From: a virus
Taxonomy: Duplodnaviria > Heunggongvirae > Uroviricota > Caudoviricetes
Length of the DNA stretch: 64,000 nt
Strand: one strand, 5' to 3'
Virus record (IMG/VR): IMGVR_UViG_2526164662_000021
Location: 32,574-96,573 of that record
Positions 29,929 to 43,263 of this stretch are shown in pieces (positions within the stretch are counted from its first letter, which is position 1; every line of letters starts with the position of its first letter). The notes under the pieces are model-generated. The model made no database searches. It saw nothing but the letters and a program-made list of their open reading frames with translations, and had not been told where the DNA came from. The translations under genes were made by a program, and so were the position numbers.

Positions 29929-30826
29929 GCACTGGAAAAACATTACTATTTATAAACTTTCTCGTGAGGCGGATCTGACCGACTTAGAAGATAAAAAGAA
30001 AATGATCCTTTTCACGCCATGCGGTAGTCAGGATATGGCCAAGTTCGGTTTTGTATCTCCATTTGGTGATAATTCCGAAGTTATCGCTATGCATGGAAAT
30101 GGTTTTATCCTTGTTGAAGCAAAGCGCGAAACAAAAATTCTTCCCCCGCCGGTTATCCAGCGAGCTATTCAAGAAAAAATTGAAAAACTTGAGCAAGAAC
30201 AAGCGCGTAAACTGAAGAAAACAGAGAAGGACTCCCTGAAAGACGAAGTTCTGCATTCTCTTCTGCCACGGGCTTTTTCAAAGTTTTCTGTTATCCAGGC
30301 GATCTACGACGGTTCAACTAAACGTATCTATATCAATGCCAGCGCGCGGCAGGCAGAGGATATGCTCGCGCTTATGCGTAAGTCTCTGGGTTCTCTTCCT
30401 GTTGTTCCCCTGAGTGTTGAAAATCCCATTGAATTAACGCTGACCGACTGGGTACGTGATGGTAGTGCTCCACAGGGATTTCAAATGGGGGATGCGGCAG
30501 AACTTAAGGCAGTGCTTGAGGATGGCGGTATTGCCCGAGTGAAAAAGCAGGATTTGGGAAGCGATGAAATTTCCACACACCTGGAAGCTGGCAAGCTCGT
30601 CACTAAGTTGGCACTCGACTGGCAGAACCGCATTAAATTTACACTGGACCATAACTTCAGCCTTACCAGCGTCAAATTTGCGGATGAATTGCTTGATCAG
30701 AACTCTGATATTGATAGTGAAGATGTAGCGCAGCGACTGGACGCAGATTTCTTCCTGTTGACCAGTGAAATTTCGTGCCTGGTTGATGCTCTGGTAAATG
30801 CCCTTGGTGGAGAGGCTAAGCAGTGA
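29921..30826 (+). CDS. hrdC: recombination-associated protein RdgC homolog
   Basis: Translation from ATG 29921 ([16 protein letters not shown]...[17 protein letters not shown]...LPRAFSKF...GGEAKQ) matches the RdgC family along its full length. Confidence 0.85.
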   Translation: MFKHWKNITIYKLSREADLTDLEDKKKMILFTPCGSQDMAKFGFVSPFGDNSEVIAMHGNGFILVEAKRETKILPPPVIQRAIQEKIEKLEQEQARKLKKTEKDSLKDEVLHSLLPRAFSKFSVIQAIYDGSTKRIYINASARQAEDMLALMRKSLGSLPVVPLSVENPIELTLTDWVRDGSAPQGFQMGDAAELKAVLEDGGIARVKKQDLGSDEISTHLEAGKLVTKLALDWQNRIKFTLDHNFSLTSVKFADELLDQNSDIDSEDVAQRLDADFFLLTSEISCLVDALVNALGGEAKQ

Positions 30827-33087
30827 AAGAGCTGTGCTATGGATCTGTTTGCAGTGGAATTGAAGCCGCGAGTATTGCCTGGGAACCGTTGGGTATGCGT
30901 CCGGCGTGGTTTGCTGAAATCGAGCCTTTTCCATCTGCCGTTCTTGCGCACCGCTGGCCCCATGTCGCCAACCTTGGCGACATGACAAAACTTGCCAAAA
31001 AAGTCCTGGCTGGGGAAATCGAATCCCCTGATGTGCTCGTCGGGGGAACACCTTGTCAGGCATTCAGTATCGCTGGATTACGTGGTGGGCTTGATGATGA
31101 GCGTGGCGCGCTAACTTTAAAGTATGTGGAGCTTGCAAATGCAATTGACGACAAACGGGCTGAGTCATTTCTCAAACCGACAGTTATCGTCTGGGAAAAT
31201 GTCCCAGGAGTCCTGTCATCGGCAGATAACGCCTTCGGATGTTTCCTTGCCGGATTGGCTGGAGAAGATGCGCCATTTGAACCAGGTGATCGACCTGAAT
31301 CAGGAAAAAGTAACGCGTTCTGGCGGTGGGATGGCAAAACCGGTTGCCATGCTCCAAAGTGGCCGCAGTGTGGTTGTATTTATGGACCGCAGCGAAAGGT
31401 GGCCTGGAGAATCCTTGATGCCCAATACTTCGGAGTGGCACAACGACGCCGACGCGTGTTTGTTGTCGCAAGTGCTCGAACAGACCTCGATCCCGCAACG
31501 GTACTTTTTGAGTTCGAAGGCGTGCGCCGGAATATTGCGCCGAGCCGAAAAAAGAAGGAAATCGCTTCCGCCATTATTGCAAATGGCGCTGCAATCAGTG
31601 GCGAAAGCCTAAATCCATGCCTACACGCTGACATGCCACCCGGTATGAAATCGACGAAAGCCGTAAACGCTTTCAGGATGGCAGCATTTGGGGAATATAT
31701 TGACGATGAAACCGCATCGACAGTAAAGGCAAGAGATTTTAAAGATGCCACTGACCTTGCCGTTTTTAGCAGCACAGGAGCAGGTTTTTGGTCAGAAGGG
31801 CATGGTACATTGCGGGCACGTGAGCAAGAAAGCCATGAGCATCTTGTTACATTGGCTTTTCCTGAGCGTATGAGCGGTACACAACATGCTGCAACTAAGA
31901 ATACTTCACCATCTCTGATGGCTAAAAATCCAACAGCTGTTTGCTATGAAGTAAGAAACGCAGAAGTAGCTGTCCGCCGTCTTACCCCTGTCGAATGTGA
32001 AAGGCTGCAAGGTTTTCCTGATGGGCATACGTTGATCCCGACGGAAAAGCGTAAAAAAGTTAATTCAGATGAACTGGCATATCTTCGCAATCACTATCCA
32101 GATTTAAGCGAAGAAGAGGCCGCGATGCTTGCAGCTGACGGACCGCGTTACAAAGCGATCGGCAATAGTATGGCAATACCAGTAATGCGCTGGATTGGCG
32201 ATCGGATTACTAAGGCCGTATGTCGGCAGAAAGAAGGAAGTGAAACAAAAGAGCGAAAAGTTAAACCAGCGGCAGAATTCGAACGGTCCATATTCAAATG
32301 GGCTGGTGGAAAATTTGGTGTTCTGGAACAAATCTTTCGCTATTTGCCAGAAGGGAAGCGCCTGATCGAACCTTTTGTCGGTGGCGGAGCTGTCTTCACG
32401 AATGCCGGATACCAGGAAAATCTGCTAAATGATGTGAATGCTGACCTGATTAACTTTTACAAGACTCTGCAACGCGAGGCGCATTCACTTATCACACTGG
32501 CGCATCGGTTTTTCCAGGACTACAACACACAGGAAGGATACCTGGCAGTACGGAATGCGTTTAACAAACAAGTCTATGATGATTTACATCGCGCAGCGGC
32601 GTTTTTGTTCCTGAACCGACATTGTTTTAACGGATTGACGCGTTACAACCAGGCCGGTGAGTTCAATGTCGGTTATGGGAAGTATAAAACTCCGTATTTC
32701 CCATTACAGGAGATGGAAGCCTTCCTCGGTGCGGAAGGGCGTTCTGAGTTTGTATGTGGTGATTTTGCTGCGGTGATTGAAGCTGCCGGAGAAGGAGATG
32801 TCATCTTCTGTGATCCGCCGTATGAACCGCTTCCAAATACAGAGGGATTCACGAACTATTCCGGTCATGACTTTAAGTTTGAAGAGCAAAAACGCCTGGT
32901 GTCTCTGTTGACGGATGCTCATCGCCGAGGTGCAAAGGTTCTCATTACTAACAGTGGCGCGCCAAACATCAGAGAGCTTTATCATGACAATGGCTTCAGA
33001 GTGGAACCTCTTTTTGCCAGACGTTCTGTGTCTTGTAAGGGGGACACTCGAGGTGTTGCTCATGACGTCTTAGGCATATTGCTCTAA
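30823..33087 (+). CDS. dmt: bifunctional DNA methyltransferase (N-terminal C5-cytosine-like, C-terminal Dam-like N6-adenine), 754 aa
   Basis: N-half motifs [11 protein letters not shown] and ENVPG; C-half FVGGGAVF and CDPPY. Confidence 0.85.
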   Translation: MKELCYGSVCSGIEAASIAWEPLGMRPAWFAEIEPFPSAVLAHRWPHVANLGDMTKLAKKVLAGEIESPDVLVGGTPCQAFSIAGLRGGLDDERGALTLKYVELANAIDDKRAESFLKPTVIVWENVPGVLSSADNAFGCFLAGLAGEDAPFEPGDRPESGKSNAFWRWDGKTGCHAPKWPQCGCIYGPQRKVAWRILDAQYFGVAQRRRRVFVVASARTDLDPATVLFEFEGVRRNIAPSRKKKEIASAIIANGAAISGESLNPCLHADMPPGMKSTKAVNAFRMAAFGEYIDDETASTVKARDFKDATDLAVFSSTGAGFWSEGHGTLRAREQESHEHLVTLAFPERMSGTQHAATKNTSPSLMAKNPTAVCYEVRNAEVAVRRLTPVECERLQGFPDGHTLIPTEKRKKVNSDELAYLRNHYPDLSEEEAAMLAADGPRYKAIGNSMAIPVMRWIGDRITKAVCRQKEGSETKERKVKPAAEFERSIFKWAGGKFGVLEQIFRYLPEGKRLIEPFVGGGAVFTNAGYQENLLNDVNADLINFYKTLQREAHSLITLAHRFFQDYNTQEGYLAVRNAFNKQVYDDLHRAAAFLFLNRHCFNGLTRYNQAGEFNVGYGKYKTPYFPLQEMEAFLGAEGRSEFVCGDFAAVIEAAGEGDVIFCDPPYEPLPNTEGFTNYSGHDFKFEEQKRLVSLLTDAHRRGAKVLITNSGAPNIRELYHDNGFRVEPLFARRSVSCKGDTRGVAHDVLGILL

Positions 33088-33094
33088 TAAATTT
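33078..33094 (+). promoter_or_regulatory. C1 operator (perfect consensus) with overlapping inverted partial copy at 33089-33105
   Basis: ATTGCTCTAATAAATTT; adjacent ATTTATTAGTGTAAT. Confidence 0.65.
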
Positions 33095-33474
33095 ATTAGT
33101 GTAATATCGTCTCAATGAATCGTGATTTATAGAGCGATTTAGCTGTTAGCCGCGACAGGCGCGGCGGTAAGCATGGCTGGGCCTAGTCCTCCCAGACAAA
33201 CCACCGAGTTGCCAGGTTGACCATGCGCCTAAGTGGCAACGCCGAAGTGCGTTACGAGCTTCCAGTTTGCCCATCTTCGGGTGGGCGTTTTTTTCAGGGT
33301 TTTCGTCATGGTTAGCGACTTTGCGGCGGTTTAGAAACTGACCATTAAAGTAAATGCAAACGATGATCTGATGATGGTAGCGGCCTAAGAAGCCAGACGC
33401 CACGGGGTATGAGTCGTCCCCCGTCAAAAAATCGACCGCAGAGTGTCCCCGTCTGTGTATTAGGGAACGGGGAG

Positions 33475-33700
33475 GCACAACAGGTAAGGGCGCTGGTGTG
33501 ATTAACCAGATGAACGAGAAGGGGCCATCTGTTGGTCAGCGTCCTTTCCTGTTGCGTCTTCTTTTCAGCGTAACAGCGGTGCTTAACAGCACTTTGGGTA
33601 CAGTTCCACGAATTTACGGGTATATCCCGTCATGCTGAAAGCGCTAATCACGCTGGAAGCCAGGGTTATGCATCCCCTGTTACCGAATTGCAGCCAGGGC
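33475..33700 (+). ncRNA. candidate structured RNA in ORF-free region upstream of tRNA-Asn
   Basis: No convincing ORF over about 660 bp; multiple local stems (CTGGT/ACCAG, CAGATG/CATCTG, CAGCGT/ACGCTG, GTGCT/AGCAC); starts with the CAACAGGTAAG motif shared by the hairpin family. Confidence 0.3.
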
Positions 33701-33759
33701 GCGGTGCGCCGAAAAGCATACGGAGGTGGAAGCCCTCGCCGGAGACGTACCCGGCAAGT

Positions 33760-33835
33760 GATGGTGTAGCTCAGCGGTTAGAGCGGTTGACTGTTAATCA
33801 ACGGGTCGATGGTTCAAATCCATCCACCATCGCCA
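33760..33835 (+). tRNA. tRNA-Asn (anticodon GTT)
   Basis: Hand-folded cloverleaf: acceptor GATGGTG/CACCATC, D-arm GCTC/GAGC, anticodon loop CTGTTAA, T-loop TTCAAAT, CCA end. Confidence 0.85.
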
Positions 33836-33837
33836 AT

Positions 33838-33913
33838 GCCGGTTTAGCTCAGTTGGTAGAGCGCCTGCCTTGTAAGCAGGATGTCAGCGGTTCGAGTCCG
33901 TTAACCGGCACCA
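33838..33913 (+). tRNA. tRNA-Thr (anticodon TGT)
   Basis: Acceptor GCCGGTT/AACCGGC, anticodon loop CTTGTAA, T-arm GGTTCGAGTCC, CCA end. Confidence 0.85.
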
Positions 33914-33916
33914 ACA

Positions 33917-34010
33917 CAACAGGTAAGGGTATTTTGCGACGTCGGAGATCGCCGTGCTTGGCAGAGGGTTCGAATCCCTACGAAGTACCCTTACCGTTGT
34001 GATGAAGTGC
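33917..34010 (+). repeat. hairpin-family element copy (tRNA-like T-arm GGTTCGAATCC inside a 10-bp stem)
   Basis: GGTAAGGGTA ... TACCCTTACC stem; ends with CCGTTGTGATGAAGTGC. Confidence 0.4.
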
Positions 34011-34138
34011 AGCTCTTAGAAGCAACCAGAAGATAAGCATCTGGCTTCACAACATAAACCGCAGGAACGACCAATAAACGGTAGTCCGTATGGAGAACAC
34101 CCCGTTGAGGAAGAGGCCTGGCCGGAACCGTAACCGGC

Positions 34139-34245
34139 ACTACAACGTTGAGAACACTGGCGTAACGGGGTCATATCCCAATCTACGAATAAATGTTGCG
34201 TTGCAGCGTGACAACCAGTGTTCTCAACGTTGTGGTGAATGCACA
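34139..34245 (+). repeat. hairpin-family element copy
   Basis: Perfect 16-bp stem ACGTTGAGAACACTGG / CCAGTGTTCTCAACGT enclosing CGTAACGGGGTCATATCCCAATCTAC; ends CGTTGTGGTGAATGC. Confidence 0.45.
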
Positions 34246-34350
34246 GGCTGATGTGCCGCAACTACAGTAGTGCGCGCTTTGCGGGGCTTGCTACAACCCT
34301 GTGTCGGAGTTCAGCACCGACCATCACAATTTATTTAGAAACTGTCACCC

Positions 34351-34764
34351 ATGAGTGCGAGAACGGTAATTATGCAGAAAGAGCAGTTTGTTATTTCTTT
34401 AGTGGTTAGCACCAGTTATCAGGTCGATAAAGTTTCGAAAGAAGATGCATCTGAAATTGATGTTGTAGATGTGTTCGGTAACGAACTCAAAATACCACTT
34501 CGTGAATTTAATGAAATAGCAGCTCCGTTGGGCAAAATTGACGGCTTGGAGGAATACCACAAGCGAATGATTATCGAACGTGCTCAGCTATGCCAGCGCA
34601 TAAATAAGCTTGTTCGATTCATTGGAACAGATAAATTCCTCACTATAGACCAGTGCAAGCAGTTGGATTTGGAAATTCAGCTCGGAAGCATGATTGATTA
34701 TCGAAAAGCTCTTGATGCTCGCTTGGTCCAATTAACCAAAAACTATCCGTCAGCAAGCAGCTAA
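34351..34764 (+). CDS. hypothetical protein, 137 aa, bracketed by two hairpin-family copies
   Basis: ORF track. Confidence 0.45.
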   Translation: MSARTVIMQKEQFVISLVVSTSYQVDKVSKEDASEIDVVDVFGNELKIPLREFNEIAAPLGKIDGLEEYHKRMIIERAQLCQRINKLVRFIGTDKFLTIDQCKQLDLEIQLGSMIDYRKALDARLVQLTKNYPSASS

Positions 34765-34813
34765 TTATAAATTTGGGGCGGATGGTTAGTCCGCCGTTAA
34801 CTCCATGAAACGG

Positions 34814-34905
34814 AGTACGCAACAGGTAAGAGCATTCTCCTGTAACGGGTTCATATCCCAATCTACAGGTCCACCAAGAATGCTCTTTCCGTTGCGGTGA
34901 ATGCG
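34814..34905 (+). repeat. hairpin-family element copy
   Basis: Stem GTAAGAGCATTCT / AGAATGCTCTT enclosing CTGTAACGGGTTCATATCCCAATCTAC; ends CCGTTGCGGTGAATGC; stem differs from the 34139 copy while loop is conserved. Confidence 0.45.
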
Positions 34906-35046
34906 GCTAAGCGCACGCGGGGAAATGGTTATATCAGTCCATTCATTTCTCCTTGTTTCCCCGTCCACGGTGGATAACCAGCCAAAGGACACCGGGAGGC
35001 ACCCAGCACCGCAGCTTTTTTATTCGTTAAATAATGGAGTGAGAGG

Positions 35047-35283
35047 ATGCAGAACAATCCGAACAAATGTCGAACGCTATGGGTGCGGTTATATATTTAT
35101 GCCGTCCTCTGTTTGATTGTGTCACTGGTTCTGTATGTTTGGCTTTTGCCAAATATGATCTCATCTAACAGCACAATACTTGTATTGTTGGGAGTCCTTC
35201 TTGCGCTCATTTACCCGGCTTTCGCAGTAGTCTTTTTTCGTGAAAAAACCAGGAAATTAATTAATGAAAAAAACGTTGATTAG
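35047..35283 (+). CDS. small two-TM membrane protein, 78 aa
   Basis: Two hydrophobic segments. Confidence 0.45.
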   Translation: MQNNPNKCRTLWVRLYIYAVLCLIVSLVLYVWLLPNMISSNSTILVLLGVLLALIYPAFAVVFFREKTRKLINEKNVD

Positions 35284-36091
35284 TGCAGCGATTATTTTGG
35301 GTTCTTTATGCCTGACCGGATGCGATCGGGTAGAGCCAGGTAACGTAGGGATCAAAGTAAATAAGCTGGGGGATGATAAAGGTATCGGTGAAGTAGTTGG
35401 CGTTGGTCGCTACTGGACAGGCTTGAATACTGAAGTTTATATCTTCCCGACCTTTAAGCAAATGAAGACATACGATGAGCCGTTCAGCTTCCAGATGAGC
35501 GACGGAACAACCATTGGTTACCACATCGGCGTAGCCTACAAGGTTGATCCAGCAAAAGTCACAACGGTATTTCAGACCTATCGCAAAGGTGTAGATGATA
35601 TTACTGATACCGATCTACGCCAGAAGGTTGCAGATGCTCTGAACCGGTTAGCCAGCAAAATGACCACCGACAAATTTATCGACGGTGGCAAATCTGAATT
35701 GCTTGATGCAGCCCTTAAAGACATTCAGGAAGAAATGACGCCAATCGGCATTCAGGTGATGAGCCTCTCTTATGTAGGTAAGCCAGAATACCCGCCAACA
35801 GTTATTGACAGTATTAACGCCAAAGTCACGGCAAACCAAAAAACCCTGCAACGCGAGCAAGAGGTCAAACAACGTGAAGCAGAGGCCAACATGCTGCGCG
35901 CGGAAGCTGCCGGACAGGCTGATGCTATTCGCACAAAAGCCCAGGCCGAAGCTGATGCCATTCGTTTACGTGGTGAAGCTCTGCGCCAGAACCCCGGTGT
36001 TATGGAGTTGGAAGCGATCAACAAATGGAACGGTACATTACCGCAGTATATGACCAGTAATGCCGCTGTTCCGTTTGTTCCGGTGAAATAA
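35264..36091 (+). CDS. lipoprotein with SPFH/band-7-like domain (Plp-like), 275 aa
   Basis: Lipobox LCLTGC after signal peptide. Confidence 0.65.
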   Translation: MKKTLISAAIILGSLCLTGCDRVEPGNVGIKVNKLGDDKGIGEVVGVGRYWTGLNTEVYIFPTFKQMKTYDEPFSFQMSDGTTIGYHIGVAYKVDPAKVTTVFQTYRKGVDDITDTDLRQKVADALNRLASKMTTDKFIDGGKSELLDAALKDIQEEMTPIGIQVMSLSYVGKPEYPPTVIDSINAKVTANQKTLQREQEVKQREAEANMLRAEAAGQADAIRTKAQAEADAIRLRGEALRQNPGVMELEAINKWNGTLPQYMTSNAAVPFVPVK

Positions 36092-36118
36092 AAGCGTAAG
36101 CAAAATTGGCAGTAATCC

Positions 36119-36194
36119 GGCCCTTTAGCTCAGTGGTTAGAGCTGGCGACTCATAATCGCACGGTCACCGGTTCAAGTCCGGTAGGGGCCACCA
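36119..36194 (+). tRNA. tRNA with anticodon CAT (Ile2 or Met)
   Basis: Acceptor GGCCCTT/AGGGGCC, D-arm GCTC/GAGC, anticodon loop CTCATAA, T-arm ACCGGTTCAAGTCCGGT, CCA end. Confidence 0.8.
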
Positions 36195-36474
36195 TATTTG
36201 GTTGTAACACGGCGTCTGGCACATGCGTCGTTAGCGGTCTGGTGACGTTAAAAGGGGGGAACCTTGCCCCTAGCTCAGGCAACGAACCAGGTAGCCGGAA
36301 TGTGCAAGCCACCGTTTGTTGTTTCTCGGGTAAAGGGATTCACCATCCTGGCGATTCGGTGTGACAGCCGGGAAGAGTCCGGCGCATTAATCCTGATTTT
36401 CTGGTGATGACTCATATCGTTAGGAGTGATTTGAGTATGCCGATTATATCTGACATTCAGCACGCCTGGGTGGA

Positions 36475-37845
36475 GTGCTAATGTCTGCATCCCCTCTTGA
36501 ATCCATGCCAAATTCCCTTAGTGCAGAACAAGCTGTACTTGGTGGCTTAATGCTTGATAACTGCCGCTGGGATGAAGTTGCAGATCGTATAGTTGCTGAT
36601 GATTTTTATACCAGTGCTCATCGTGAAATTTTCAGTGAGATGGAGAGGTTATTAAGTCATGGCAAACCGATTGATTTGATAACACTTGCTGAAGCACTTG
36701 AACAGAACGGTAAATTAGAACGCGCCGGTGGTTTTGCGTACCTTGCGGAGATGTCAAAGAACACGCCCAGCGCGGCAAATATTTGTGCTTATGCGGATAT
36801 CGTTCGTGAACGCGCGGTTGTTCGTGAAATGATTTCCGTCGCAAATGAAATAGCCGAAGCTGGATATGCGCAGGATGGCAGGGGCAGCAATGAATTGCTG
36901 GATATGGCCGAGCGCCGCGTTTTTGAAATAGCTGAAAAACGACAAAAGAGCGGTAGTGGTCCAAAAGATATCGCCAGCATTCTCGATGCAACGGTATCTC
37001 GCATAGAAGAGTTGTTTCAGCGACCACATGATGGTGTAACGGGGCTTGATACGGGATTTACCGATCTCAATAAGAAGACGGCAGGGCTTCAGCCGTCCGA
37101 TCTCATCATTGTCGCCGCCCGCCCATCTATGGGGAAGACCACGTTTGCGATGAATCTCGTCGAAAATGCCGCAGTCCGTAACTATAAGCCCGTATTGGTT
37201 TTTAGCCTTGAGATGCCGAGCCACCAGCTGATGATGCGCTCACTGGCTTCTCTTGCACGCGTTGATCAGACTCGTATTCGAACAGGGCAACTTAACGACG
37301 AGGATTGGGCGCGGGTTTCTGGCGCAATGGGTATTCTGTTGGACAAGCAGAATATTTTTATTGATGACTCAAGCGCCCTGACGCCGACAGAGCTACGTTC
37401 CCGCGCTCGTCGTGTTTATAAAGAAAATGGTGGTTTGAGCATGATTATGATCGACTACCTGCAACTTATGAGCGTCCCCGAGCTGCAAGATAACCGAACG
37501 CTGGAAATTGCCGAGATTTCTCGCTCACTGAAGGCGTTGGCGAAGGAATTACAAGTACCGGTGGTGGCATTGTCACAACTTAATCGATCGCTTGAACAGC
37601 GTGCGGACAAACGACCGGTAAATTCAGATTTACGTGAATCAGGAGCAATTGAGCAGGACGCAGACCTGATCATGTTTCTGTATCGCGACGAAGTTTATCA
37701 CCCGGATAGCGAAATGAAGGGCATTGCCGAGGTAATTATCGGAAAGCAACGAAATGGCCCAATTGGCACGGTGAGATTGGCTTTTAACGGCCAATACTCA
37801 CGGTTTGATAACTATGCTGGTGCTGACTGGCAAGAGGATTATTAA
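36475..37845 (+). CDS. ban: replicative DNA helicase, DnaB family (Ban-like), 456 aa
   Basis: Walker A ARPSMGKTTFAMN; DnaB-like N- and C-terminal regions. Confidence 0.9.
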   Translation: MLMSASPLESMPNSLSAEQAVLGGLMLDNCRWDEVADRIVADDFYTSAHREIFSEMERLLSHGKPIDLITLAEALEQNGKLERAGGFAYLAEMSKNTPSAANICAYADIVRERAVVREMISVANEIAEAGYAQDGRGSNELLDMAERRVFEIAEKRQKSGSGPKDIASILDATVSRIEELFQRPHDGVTGLDTGFTDLNKKTAGLQPSDLIIVAARPSMGKTTFAMNLVENAAVRNYKPVLVFSLEMPSHQLMMRSLASLARVDQTRIRTGQLNDEDWARVSGAMGILLDKQNIFIDDSSALTPTELRSRARRVYKENGGLSMIMIDYLQLMSVPELQDNRTLEIAEISRSLKALAKELQVPVVALSQLNRSLEQRADKRPVNSDLRESGAIEQDADLIMFLYRDEVYHPDSEMKGIAEVIIGKQRNGPIGTVRLAFNGQYSRFDNYAGADWQEDY

Positions 37846-38843
37846 TGCAATGGAATGAGGAAAAGCCGATGAACATCCTGATCATTGGGCGAAAATTTGA
37901 AGCTATCAGTGATGTGAAAACATATACGGAAATGTGGGCTTACAACCTGGCCTGCGCCTTTAGTGAGGCAGGGGTAACATTGCAATACCATCGTCCATAT
38001 TCCCCCGGCGTCGAAAGCCCGGAGGATTATGTTGAAGCTGTGTTGACCGCTGCGACCTCGTGTTCTGCGAAAGCCATTTTAGCGCCAGGATTGCGGTATT
38101 TTACTACGGTGCCCAGGGAAATAGGCGTGCAACTGCGTCGTCGATTCACTGGATGGGTAGCCCAGGTATACGACGGTTCTATGCTGGATTCGGCACCAGT
38201 CGATATTACTTTTACTGTCCGCGATGATACCTGGCGGTACCTGGATAATCCAGGCAGGTTAGAGCGTCATAATCGTTTTAACAAACATGTTGGATGGGCA
38301 GCGAATCAGGATCTGTTCCATCTGGAAACCAAAACAGACGATGTTCTGCGTATTTTTGTAGACCACGCTGCATTTGATGTTAGTGGTTTTGATCACTCCT
38401 TAAGTATCCTTATGAACCTTCAGCGTCTGACCGTTCCGTATGAGGCCAGAACGTTGACTGATGACGGATTGGTTACCATTGATCCGGGGAATATTTCGGT
38501 AACTCCATACAGACGGACGCCGGTGCCAGCAACCGAATTTGCAGCTGAATTGCGTAAGAGTGACGTGTTTATCGTTACGCATCCCGAAAGCCTTGGATTA
38601 ACTGTACTTGAGGCGGCAATGTGCGGGGCGTTGGTATTAACGCCTCCCGATTGCCTTCCGCCAGATCGCCTGGCTTTGGTGAACCATATGGTTATCAAGT
38701 CGCGGATTGATTGGGATGAGGTTATTGCTCGCGTTGATCGCGTGAAAAATGCTGAAAAGGTCCAGTGTCACACCTGGTCGGCAATTGCGGAAAAGATGCT
38801 TGAGACGTTTGTCACGCAGAAACCGTCGCGCGGTAACGGATAA
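37845..38843 (+). CDS. hypothetical protein downstream of ban, 332 aa
   Basis: ORF track; start overlaps ban stop. Confidence 0.55.
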   Translation: MQWNEEKPMNILIIGRKFEAISDVKTYTEMWAYNLACAFSEAGVTLQYHRPYSPGVESPEDYVEAVLTAATSCSAKAILAPGLRYFTTVPREIGVQLRRRFTGWVAQVYDGSMLDSAPVDITFTVRDDTWRYLDNPGRLERHNRFNKHVGWAANQDLFHLETKTDDVLRIFVDHAAFDVSGFDHSLSILMNLQRLTVPYEARTLTDDGLVTIDPGNISVTPYRRTPVPATEFAAELRKSDVFIVTHPESLGLTVLEAAMCGALVLTPPDCLPPDRLALVNHMVIKSRIDWDEVIARVDRVKNAEKVQCHTWSAIAEKMLETFVTQKPSRGNG

Positions 38844-38865
38844 AAAATTGAACCCGTCATAACAG

Positions 38866-38888
38866 AAAAGCCCGAACGCCGGGCTTTT
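38866..38888. terminator. bidirectional terminator between convergent operons
   Basis: AAAAGCCCG-AACGC-CGGGCTTTT. Confidence 0.6.
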
Positions 38889-38889
38889 C

Positions 38890-42036
<3,147 letters not shown>

Positions 42037-43254
42037 TTATCCTTTCCGTTTACGGGCTTCGTTAATTTGTGTCTCAAGAATGCTTCGCGCCTGCGCGGTG
42101 GCAGCGGCTTTGTCCATTCCCTGACTCATGAAAAACTTTATGAGGTTGTTCGCCTGCGTTTGCAGGGCTTTTTTAAGAGCGTCGGCTTCAGCGCGAGCCT
42201 GGGCTTCCCTCACCCGCGATGCTTTTAGTTCGGCACTCTTCCTGTTTGCCGTGGTGCGAGCTTTTTTTAACAACCGGCGAACGTTGTCCGTGGCGCTATC
42301 TTTGGCGCGTAGTTTTTTGCCTAATGCATCCTGAGATTTCAGATATAACTCATACTCACGCGCCGCTTTAGCCTGATCCGTCGTTGTTGTCCGGTTGCGC
42401 GCGAGCGATTTAGCCAGTTCGCCTTTGAAATAGGTTGTTGTCTTCCGCTTGTCATCGCCGAAGGCCACCTGTTCAGCTGCTTTTTCCAGGGCAATAATGA
42501 TGGCCTTGTGCCATGTGGGAGACTGAAAACGCGTCATAGCGTGCAAAACATGTTTGCAAGCCACACCAGTCAGATCAGGGTTGCGGATTTTAGGGAAGGC
42601 ATACTCTTTTGGCGGCGTGACAGCATAGTTACCAGCCGTGGCCATATAACGATACCAGTATTGATGGCGTCCACAATCACAGTCGAAAGATACCCGGCCC
42701 TTGCAGAGATCGGCAGCGATTCGGGCTTTTTTCGTACCGTCTTCAGCAATTTCCTCAACGGCTTTATCCCATTCCTCAAATCGAATTCTGACACGGTGAT
42801 GCTGGTGGACCGACTCATCCGAGGCATTAACAGATATCAATGCAAGGTTGTGTTTTAGCCCGAGGAATGTCGCGGCTTTGATCCCTGTGCCATCAGAAAC
42901 TTTGTTGTTAGCGCGTTTTATATCAATGCTGGTGGACTGCGCCACCAGCTGAGCATAGGTAATGCCGGGTACCGTGCTCTTGAATTTGGTTTTATGAGCC
43001 TGCCTTGAGGTGTTGAAACTGCGTATATCTTCGGGCGTAAAGTAGGTGCCATCTTTCTTTTTCCCAAGGCTGAGGAATGCCTCAAGTTCGCGGTTACGCA
43101 TCCCCATAATCCTTGGGGTGAGTGTACGTCGCGCGTTTCGCCGATTCTGACGCTGCTGTTTACGGATAAGATCGAAGACCTTGTTAAAGTCTTTTGCACT
43201 TAATCCATCAGTCTGATAGCGACCAAGATTGTCGCGAGCATATTCAGTTGGCAT
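42037..43254 (-). CDS. SWIM-type zinc-finger protein with basic coiled-coil C-terminus, 405 aa
   Basis: CDCGRHQYWYRYMATAGNYAV...GVACKHVLH fits CxCxnCxH. Confidence 0.55.
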   Translation of the reverse strand: MPTEYARDNLGRYQTDGLSAKDFNKVFDLIRKQQRQNRRNARRTLTPRIMGMRNRELEAFLSLGKKKDGTYFTPEDIRSFNTSRQAHKTKFKSTVPGITYAQLVAQSTSIDIKRANNKVSDGTGIKAATFLGLKHNLALISVNASDESVHQHHRVRIRFEEWDKAVEEIAEDGTKKARIAADLCKGRVSFDCDCGRHQYWYRYMATAGNYAVTPPKEYAFPKIRNPDLTGVACKHVLHAMTRFQSPTWHKAIIIALEKAAEQVAFGDDKRKTTTYFKGELAKSLARNRTTTTDQAKAAREYELYLKSQDALGKKLRAKDSATDNVRRLLKKARTTANRKSAELKASRVREAQARAEADALKKALQTQANNLIKFFMSQGMDKAAATAQARSILETQINEARKRKG

Positions 43255-43263
43255 TCAATTCCC

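Noticed and set aside
33146-33478. 110-aa minus-strand ORF between dmt and tRNA-Asn
   Set aside because: Lies in the hairpin-rich region; no RBS, Arg/Cys-rich junk-like composition; more likely non-coding.
34016-34261. 81-aa minus-strand ORF overlapping a hairpin-family element
   Set aside because: Overlaps the perfectly paired stem-loop; Cys-rich low-complexity translation.
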